From Desulfuromonadales bacterium (GTDB lineage Bacteria > Desulfobacterota > JAENJC01), in NCBI GenBank assembly GCA_919902985.1, contig CAKKSC010000021.1:29676-93675 (forward strand): a stretch of 64,000 nucleotides of DNA. The letters are read 5' to 3'. The translations under genes were made by a program, and so were the position numbers. This document shows positions 9,625 through 16,302 of the stretch, in pieces; positions within the stretch are counted from its first letter, which is position 1; each line of letters opens with the position of its first letter. Below the pieces are notes generated by a model. It did no database searches. It saw only the letters and a program-made list of their open reading frames with translations, and had not been told where the DNA came from.

Positions 9625-10533
9625 ATGGATGATAAACTACTACACCTGTTCAGGCGGCTCATATCGAGGAAGACCGGGATAGTGGTAAGGACGGAAGACT
9701 TAACGGCATTGGAGAAATGCATCTCCGCCCGGATTGCACTGTTGAGACTTTTAGAGCCGGTAGACTATCTCCGCCTCCTATCCGGCGATACATATGTGAG
9801 CAGGTGCGAGTGGAAGGAGCTTATAATCCCCCTGACAATCGGGGAGTCATTCTTCTTCCCGGACAAGGGGCAGTTTGAGGTTCTTAAGGAGAGGATACTC
9901 CCTGAGTTGATAGAGAAGAGAAAGGATGTCCGCTCTCTGCGGATATGGAGCGCAGGATGTTCCCGCGGGGAGGAGCCGTATTCGTTGGCCATCCTGCTGG
10001 ATGGGCTTTTACCAGACAGGAGAGACTGGAACATATCCATCGTAGGAACCGATATAAACGAGGATACCTTGGGGAAGGCGAGACTCGGAGCATATACACA
10101 ATGGTCTTTTCGTATGGTGGAGCAGGAGGTGCAGGGGCGTTATTTCAAGAGACGCAGGGATGAATGGGAGATTGATGAAAGGATAAGGAATATGGTGACC
10201 TTCAGTTATGGGAACTTGATAGAAGAGGCTTTTCCTAATCATGAGATATGCAATATGGACCTGATCATGTGCAGGAATGTATTTATCTACTTCAAGGAGC
10301 TGGTATTAACACAGGCGCAACTCTATGACCTCAATACAAAGCTTGAGGAGAAGGTGAAGGAGAGGACTGCGGCGCTGAAGGCGGAGATCGAGCAGCGTAA
10401 GGCCACTGAGGAGTCCCTGAAGAAGAGCGACGAGGAGCTCCGCAAAAGCCTCGATGAGGTGGAAAGGCTCAACAGGCTGATGGTGAATGGTGAAGAGGGA
10501 GTTCAGGATAGAAGAGCTGAGGAAGGAGAATGA
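9625..10533 (+). CDS. CheR-family methyltransferase with C-terminal signalling-helix/coiled-coil extension; the tail is frameshifted by a 7-bp tandem duplication
   Basis: RBS AAGAGG 5 nt before the ATG at 9625. The CheR motif is LRIWSAGCSRGEEPYSLAILL, followed by an ERT signalling-helix motif (KVKERTAALKAE). The conserved terminal motif continues in the +1 frame at 10487..10576. Confidence 0.8.
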   Translation: MDDKLLHLFRRLISRKTGIVVRTEDLTALEKCISARIALLRLLEPVDYLRLLSGDTYVSRCEWKELIIPLTIGESFFFPDKGQFEVLKERILPELIEKRKDVRSLRIWSAGCSRGEEPYSLAILLDGLLPDRRDWNISIVGTDINEDTLGKARLGAYTQWSFRMVEQEVQGRYFKRRRDEWEIDERIRNMVTFSYGNLIEEAFPNHEICNMDLIMCRNVFIYFKELVLTQAQLYDLNTKLEEKVKERTAALKAEIEQRKATEESLKKSDEELRKSLDEVERLNRLMVNGEEGVQDRRAEEGE

Positions 10534-10600
10534 GAAGCTGAAGGAGAGGATTGAGGAGATGGAGGCGAAGGGATGAAGAATCACCAACAGGAGTTGGTTC

Positions 10601-11020
10601 CTACCGGCTTTCGATTATTATAGAGCTTATTTCATTTAGAACATCTTTTATAGATGGCATGGTTGCATCTATCACTTTGTTCTGAATGTGTTTATGGTGT
10701 GGGAATGAGCTGACTTCAGGATGATGTGAGGCATTGTCATAGCGGAAAATCATCTCTTTGTTCGAATTCATGTAGTGCAGGCGGTATTTAGTGATGACCA
10801 GGGCATTGCGAAAATTAGTGGCAAATATGGATATCTCAAGGGAAGAAGAATCGATAAATATGAGGTTCCCTTTTAGGTATACGGTGTTTCGAGGTCCGAA
10901 GTGTTTTTGGATGTTTGAGGATAAGACGATAGAGGAGGATGCAATGGTTTTATCTATTTCTTCTGCGAGCTTTTCAATCACCGTATTGCCGATTGAATGG
11001 CGGAACGGGTTTCCTGCCAT
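10601..11020 (-). CDS. Conserved hypothetical protein with an R-Y-D-N-A-x-H-H-P-E ... F-P-H-H-K-H motif (resembles DUF6516-type toxin-antitoxin-associated proteins)
   Basis: 139-aa ORF that overlaps the upstream 98-aa ORF by 43 nt. Family assignment is from memory of the motif only. Confidence 0.4.
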   Translation of the reverse strand: MAGNPFRHSIGNTVIEKLAEEIDKTIASSSIVLSSNIQKHFGPRNTVYLKGNLIFIDSSSLEISIFATNFRNALVITKYRLHYMNSNKEMIFRYDNASHHPEVSSFPHHKHIQNKVIDATMPSIKDVLNEISSIIIESR

Positions 11021-11274
11021 TCAGAAAGGAGTTTTGCGAAGGCATACCAGTCAAAGAAATCTGCTTCATCACCCATTTGGCCTGATTCAAACTTCTTCAG
11101 GAATGAAGGGGTGGTGAGATGGTATTTTTGCTCAAACTCTTTTACAGCCTTTTTGTAAAAGGCCATAGCGCTTGAATAGAGGCTGTATTCTCTCTTCAGG
11201 GAGGTTTTTATTTCATTTGTAAGCTGCATAATGAATTTATAGAGCAAATGGTCCGGCAAGTCAAGCAATAACAA
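10978..11274 (-). CDS. Small hypothetical protein, upstream partner of the 139-aa protein (possible two-gene addiction-like cassette)
   Basis: 98-aa ORF co-oriented with and overlapping the downstream gene. No recognisable motif. Confidence 0.3.
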   Translation of the reverse strand: MLLLDLPDHLLYKFIMQLTNEIKTSLKREYSLYSSAMAFYKKAVKEFEQKYHLTTPSFLKKFESGQMGDEADFFDWYAFAKLLSEWQETRSAIQSAIR

Positions 11275-11285
11275 ACGGAAGTTTT

Positions 11286-13019
11286 ATGCCATTCAAGATA
11301 CGGACAAAACTCATCTTTGCATTCCTTGCAATAATAATCCCGTACATGGTTATTTCAGGAACAATCTTCCTTTATAACATGAATATTATCTACAAGGGGG
11401 TCAACAAGGTTGAGGCCGTCGCCGGAGAGATGAAGAAGAGCTATAACCTTCAGCTTGCCCTGGATATGGCATTGATGCCTATCAACGACTACATAATCAC
11501 AGGCGAGAAGAGGTATATGGAAGAGTTTCGGAAGACATCTCTGGAAGTAGAGAGGTGGCTGAAGGAGTTGGAAGGGGAACTGGCCGGTCTGGAGGGGTTG
11601 TTCCCTGCCGAGGTAAAGGAGGAGAAGGAGATACTGAATGACATCAGGGCCTCATGGCAGAAGGTAAAGGAGATGTCGCTTGAGATATTTGCGATCCCAA
11701 ACCCGGTCGGCAATAGTGACGCCGCAAGGCTTATGGAGGATATGGACTATAAATTGGCTTACCCTGCCATAGAAAGGCTCAGGAGATGGCAGGAGATTGA
11801 TAAGGAGGAATACAGGGAGGCCCATGAAGAGTCTGAGAGGGCGTTGAGGCTGGTAGTGATAATCATGATTGCGGGCGGAGTCATATTGGCCTTCATCGGC
11901 GGCTTCTTTGCTATTTTCTATTCCAGGATGTTCGTCAGGCCGATAGAGACCATTCATGAAAGGGTAGACGCCATAGCCGGAGGGGATTTCAAGACGAGGC
12001 TAGATATAAAGACAGATGATGAGATTGAGCAGCTTGCAAACGCCGTGAACGAGATGGCCGCCCAGCTTGACTCTTTTACCTCAAACCTTCAGGGTATGAT
12101 TGAGGAGAGGACGGCGGAGCTGAGGGAGAGTGAGGAGCATTACCGGGGTGTTTTTGAAAAAACGCCAAATGCGATTGTGATTTTTGACGCAGAGACATTG
12201 CACTTTGAAAAGGTCAACCGCGGTGCAGTAGACCTTTATGGGTACACAGAAGAAGAGTTCCGCTCCCTGACCCCACCGGACGTCTCGGCGGAGGTGGAAA
12301 AGACCAGGAAAGCCGTACAAGACGGCCTTGCCGAGAAGTTTGCCCATGTCCCTGTACGGTATCATAAGAAGAAGGACGGGACGGTCTTCCCTATTGAAAT
12401 ATTCATGGGGACCTTTTTATCCAATGGACGCCAGAAGGGTTTTGCGGTCATAGTTGACCTTACAGCGATAAAAAAGAACGAGGAAATGTTAAAGGCGAGC
12501 GAGGAGCGGTTCCGCACCATTACAAATACCGCTGGCGATGCCATTATCTGTCTGGAGGCTCCCGGTAATATTAATTTATGGAATAAAAAGGCAGAGGAGA
12601 TGTTCGGATACACGGCAGATGAGGTGATGGGAAGGGATATGCATGACCTCATTGTCCCTGAAAAATACCGTGAAAAGGCCCGCGAGGGTTTGAAGGGATT
12701 TTTCCAGACAGGCGCAGGGCCTGTTGTCGGCAAGACCGTCGAGCTTACAGCCCTTCGTAAGGATGGGACGGAGTTCCCTATCGCCCTTTCCATCTCGGCA
12801 ATGAAGATACAGGAAGAGTGGCAGACCACAGGCATCATCAGGGACATCACCGAAAGGAAGAAGGCGGAGGATAAGATAAAGGAGCAGCTGGATCTCCTTA
12901 AACGGTTTGAGAAGGTGGCGATAGACAGGGAGTTCAGGATAAAGGAACTCCGGGATGAGAACGATTTGCTGAAAAAGAGGATTGGGGAGATGGAGAAAAG
13001 ATTCAAAACTAATGCATAA
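11286..13019 (+). CDS. Membrane-anchored sensor: TM helix - helical sensor region - HAMP - signalling helix - PAS - PAS - conserved C-terminal coiled-coil tag. No kinase, GGDEF or MCP output domain
   Basis: N-terminal hydrophobic helix and a second TM (VVIIMIAGGVILAFIGGFFAIFY). The HAMP region ends in DEIEQLANAVNEMA, followed by the ERT motif (IEERTAELRESEE). Two PAS folds follow. It ends in DREFRIKELRDENDLLKKRIGEME. Confidence 0.75.
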   Translation: MPFKIRTKLIFAFLAIIIPYMVISGTIFLYNMNIIYKGVNKVEAVAGEMKKSYNLQLALDMALMPINDYIITGEKRYMEEFRKTSLEVERWLKELEGELAGLEGLFPAEVKEEKEILNDIRASWQKVKEMSLEIFAIPNPVGNSDAARLMEDMDYKLAYPAIERLRRWQEIDKEEYREAHEESERALRLVVIIMIAGGVILAFIGGFFAIFYSRMFVRPIETIHERVDAIAGGDFKTRLDIKTDDEIEQLANAVNEMAAQLDSFTSNLQGMIEERTAELRESEEHYRGVFEKTPNAIVIFDAETLHFEKVNRGAVDLYGYTEEEFRSLTPPDVSAEVEKTRKAVQDGLAEKFAHVPVRYHKKKDGTVFPIEIFMGTFLSNGRQKGFAVIVDLTAIKKNEEMLKASEERFRTITNTAGDAIICLEAPGNINLWNKKAEEMFGYTADEVMGRDMHDLIVPEKYREKAREGLKGFFQTGAGPVVGKTVELTALRKDGTEFPIALSISAMKIQEEWQTTGIIRDITERKKAEDKIKEQLDLLKRFEKVAIDREFRIKELRDENDLLKKRIGEMEKRFKTNA

Positions 13020-13257
13020 GTAAGGCAAAAAGGAATGCAAGTTTTTCTCTTGAGATGCCTGCTTTTTTGAGGATGTTATGGAGGGTCCCTTTCTTAAGGG
13101 ACTTATTGGAGTGAACAGGGATGGGAATGGTTAAAGCGCCTTCTTCAGTCTGTTTCTGGTATATGCGGTGGCTGCCTGTCTGTCTCACAAAGACAAAGCC
13201 TTCTTTTTCAAGAGCCCTGCACAGTTCTTGTCCGCTGATTTGCGGCAACTTACCCAT
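13009..13257 (-). CDS. hicA: HicA-family mRNA interferase toxin
   Basis: 82 aa with the HicA hallmarks (ELCRALEKEGFVFVRQTGSHRIYQK...GTLHNILKKAGI). It overlaps the upstream hicB by 8 nt. Confidence 0.8.
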   Translation of the reverse strand: MGKLPQISGQELCRALEKEGFVFVRQTGSHRIYQKQTEEGALTIPIPVHSNKSLKKGTLHNILKKAGISREKLAFLFALLMH

Positions 13258-13477
13258 TTATGACAAGTTCCAGTTCCTTAACCTGATGCCCCTTGGCGAA
13301 ATGCGGTATATTTTCAAGGCCGACAACATCTACGTATCCATTTGCGGCGTCTTTGAGCATATAAACAGCCTCTTCAACGGTTTCGCCTTCTGTGGTGATG
13401 TCAAGTTCCGGGCAATATACAACGTAACCGCCTTCTTCAGCGGGGGTGAGCTCCGCAGTGATTTTTATCGTTGTCAT
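13250..13477 (-). CDS. hicB: HicB-family antitoxin (UPF0150-like)
   Basis: 75 aa (TIKITAELTPAEEGGYVVYCPELDITTEGETVEEAVYMLKDA), typical of the HicB N-domain. Lies immediately upstream of hicA. Confidence 0.75.
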   Translation of the reverse strand: MTTIKITAELTPAEEGGYVVYCPELDITTEGETVEEAVYMLKDAANGYVDVVGLENIPHFAKGHQVKELELVING

Positions 13478-13553
13478 AAAGACCTCCTGTTTCAGAGGAT
13501 AGCATTTTGCCGGATAAAGTCAAGTATTGAACTGGAACCGGGTGAGGGAAAGT

Positions 13554-15659
13554 ATGTCTAATGAGGTTCTTATATCAGAATTAGAGGCCGAAAACAAAAA
13601 GCTCAGGGCCGAACTTGAGAAGGCCCATGAGAAGGAGCAGGATGCTGAGAAAAGCAGTACGGCTACGCTCTTTATGCTGGAAGATATTGGAAGGTCACGT
13701 GACGAGATAGAGAGGAGTAAGAAGGAGTGGGAGGCGACATTTGACAGCATTTCTGATCCTCTTTTCATCCATGATAAAGAGATGAGACTTATAAGAGTGA
13801 ACAGGGCATACCTATTGGTTTCCGGCGAGGAAAAGTTCAAGAAGATAATCGGAAGGCCATATTACGAGGTCTTTCCGAAGATAGACGGGCCGTTCAAGAC
13901 ATGTCTGAAGGCATTTGAATTGCAGGAGGAGGAGCAGCAGGAGGTTTTACTGCCCTCTATAAACAAGGCCTTTAAGGTCAGGTTCTACCCCATAAAGGAT
14001 GAAAACGGCAGTCTCCTTTATTCCATCCATATCCTTGAAGACATAACAGAGGCGAAGAGGGCGGAGGAGAGGATAAAAGAGGAGATGGAGGTCACCACCC
14101 ATCTCCTTATGATCTCCGAGGCCACCGCCCATACAACAGATATAGACAAGCTCATGCAGCAGGTCGTCCACTGCGGCCACGAGATAATGAGGTGCGGTAT
14201 ATGCCTGTCATATCTCTATGATGAGGACTCAAGGGTATTCCAGCCATGTCAGGAGTTTGGTCTTTCTCATGAATTGATCCCGGTTTTCAGGACAGAGCCG
14301 ATAGATGAAGAGATGGAGTTTGTCAGAAAGGCGGTAAAGGGGAAGGAGCCGGCGGTAGATCAGGTAGGTGCGATTCATGAATCGCACCTACAATGGTTGC
14401 CCGACTTCAAAACCCTCGCTGTCATTCCACTTATTGGCAAGACCGGCCCCCTCGGCCTCATTGTCGGTATTTACAAAAGGCCAACCGAGACTACGGAAAG
14501 GGATAAAAAGATAATGGTGGGGATATCACAGCAGGTCTCTGTTGCTCTCGAGCAGGCAAGGCTTTACAAGGAGTCTATAGACAAAACTCTGGAGCTTTCC
14601 CACAAGATAGAGACGATAAGGGTGATGAACGAGATAGACAGGTCTATCCTCTCGACCCTGAAGGCGGATGAACTGCTTGAGACTGTGACGAGACTTATTT
14701 CAAAGGTGATCCCCTGTGACCGGGCGACAGTCTCACTTGTTGACAGGGAGAGGGGCGGGTTCATATACAAGGCCGGTTTTGGGACAGCAGTGGTCCAAAA
14801 GGGTGCCTTTGTCTCCTTTGCCGATATGTCTGCCAGGGGAATTGTTGAGACAGGCAGAACGGAGTGCGTTAACAACCTCTCGGAGATGACGCCGCTTCTA
14901 CCCATAGAGAAGAGATTTCTTGATGAAGGGTTTCTATCCCACATAAGGGTCCCCATAACGATAAAGGGGAATGTGGCCGGGATATTGACGGTTGGCGCAA
15001 AGAGGGTTGCGGCCTTTACAAAGGAAAATCTCTCGACCCTCGAATATCTCTGCTCCCAGATAGGCGTTGCCCTGTCCAATGCAGGGCTTATATCAGACCT
15101 TGAGGAGCTTTTTGTCGGTGTGGTAAAGTCACTGTCCTCCGCCATAGACGCCAAGTCACCGTGGACAGCCGGTCATTCGGAGAGGGTCACGAAATATGCC
15201 CTTGATATTGCGAAGCAGATGGGCTTGCCTGAGAAGGAGCTTAAAGACCTTGAGCTTGCCGGACTCCTGCACGACATCGGGAAGATAGGGACTTACGAGT
15301 CCATACTCGATAAACCTGCAAAGCTTAACGATGAGGAGCAGGCCGTGATGAGGCAGCATCCTGTAATGGGCGCTGAGATACTTGCTCACATTAGACAATT
15401 GAAAGATATTATCCCTGGAGTGAAATACCACCATGAATTCTATGACGGGACGGGTTACCCTGAAGGGCTCAAGGGAGAGGCTATACCGTTACACGCACGA
15501 ATCCTCACCGTTGCCGATACCGTAGACGCGATGGGTGCGGACAGGCCTTACAGGGAGGGGATGACAATGGATGTTATCATTGCAGAGCTGAAGAGATGCT
15601 CCGGGACGCAGTTTGATCCTAAGGTGGCGGAGGCGTTTCTGGAAGTGATTGGAACATAG
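13554..15659 (+). CDS. Coiled-coil - PAS - GAF - GAF - HD-GYP c-di-GMP phosphodiesterase-type protein
   Basis: HD motif in LAGLLHDIGKIG and GYP motif in HHEFYDGTGYPEGL. The ORF is open from 13527, but GAGGGA lies 4 nt before the ATG at 13554. Confidence 0.8.
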   Translation: MSNEVLISELEAENKKLRAELEKAHEKEQDAEKSSTATLFMLEDIGRSRDEIERSKKEWEATFDSISDPLFIHDKEMRLIRVNRAYLLVSGEEKFKKIIGRPYYEVFPKIDGPFKTCLKAFELQEEEQQEVLLPSINKAFKVRFYPIKDENGSLLYSIHILEDITEAKRAEERIKEEMEVTTHLLMISEATAHTTDIDKLMQQVVHCGHEIMRCGICLSYLYDEDSRVFQPCQEFGLSHELIPVFRTEPIDEEMEFVRKAVKGKEPAVDQVGAIHESHLQWLPDFKTLAVIPLIGKTGPLGLIVGIYKRPTETTERDKKIMVGISQQVSVALEQARLYKESIDKTLELSHKIETIRVMNEIDRSILSTLKADELLETVTRLISKVIPCDRATVSLVDRERGGFIYKAGFGTAVVQKGAFVSFADMSARGIVETGRTECVNNLSEMTPLLPIEKRFLDEGFLSHIRVPITIKGNVAGILTVGAKRVAAFTKENLSTLEYLCSQIGVALSNAGLISDLEELFVGVVKSLSSAIDAKSPWTAGHSERVTKYALDIAKQMGLPEKELKDLELAGLLHDIGKIGTYESILDKPAKLNDEEQAVMRQHPVMGAEILAHIRQLKDIIPGVKYHHEFYDGTGYPEGLKGEAIPLHARILTVADTVDAMGADRPYREGMTMDVIIAELKRCSGTQFDPKVAEAFLEVIGT
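15134..15640. repeat. ~500-bp block almost identical to 18418..18924 (HD-GYP domain-encoding 3' ends of two paralogues)
   Basis: By-eye alignment shows only a handful of substitutions (for example atgacaatgg/atggcgatgg, gcagagctg/gcggaactg, and the last ~15 nt). Upstream of the block the paralogues are much more diverged at nucleotide level. Confidence 0.85.
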
Positions 15660-15725
15660 GTCCCTTGCATACATTCTACTTGCTGGTAAAATTTAACAGA
15701 TAATCAATATCTAAGGAGGTATTTT

Positions 15726-16280
15726 TTGGCTAATATCAGTGTATTAATTGTTGAAGATGAGGAGTTTTTTGCAAGCGAAGTCCAAGATATATTGAATAAG
15801 CTAGGATACGATGTCTTAGGTATCGCTTCGACTGGAGAGGATGCCGTTAAGATGACGGAAGAGACCCACCCTGATCTGGTCCTCATGGATATTGTCCTTA
15901 AAGGGGAAATGGATGGTGTTACAGCTGCTGAACAGATCCATGAACGTCTCGATATACCTGTCATATATCTTACCGGTCTTACAGGTGACCAGATAACGGA
16001 GAGGGCAAAAACAACAGAACCTTTCGGATATATCCTGAAACCTTTTCAGGAAAGGGAATTGCATGTTGCGATAGAGATAGCCCTTTATAGGCATAAGATG
16101 GAGAAGAAGTTTAGGGAGATTTCAGAAGAGCGTGAAAAATATACCGCCGATCTGGAAAGGATGAATAAGCTGATGATAGGACGGGAATTAAAGATGGAGG
16201 AGCTTAAGAAGAAAAATGAGAGGTTGAAGGAGTTGGTTGAGGAACTGGAAAGCAAAATCAGGGCAGGAGAAAGACCGTGA
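15726..16280 (+). CDS. Single-domain response regulator (REC) with conserved C-terminal coiled-coil tag
   Basis: TTG start with an AAGGAGG RBS. REC motifs VLIVEDEE...LVLMDIVL...IYLTG...K are present. The C-terminus is IGRELKMEELKKKNERLKELVEELES. Confidence 0.75.
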   Translation: MANISVLIVEDEEFFASEVQDILNKLGYDVLGIASTGEDAVKMTEETHPDLVLMDIVLKGEMDGVTAAEQIHERLDIPVIYLTGLTGDQITERAKTTEPFGYILKPFQERELHVAIEIALYRHKMEKKFREISEEREKYTADLERMNKLMIGRELKMEELKKKNERLKELVEELESKIRAGERP

Positions 16281-16302
16281 AGAAGGTCCAACGGTAAGGC
16301 TT

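Noticed and set aside
13121-13561. 146-aa plus-strand ORF overlapping hicA/hicB in antisense.
   Set aside because: No RBS, no recognisable motifs, and it fully overlaps two well-supported minus-strand genes.
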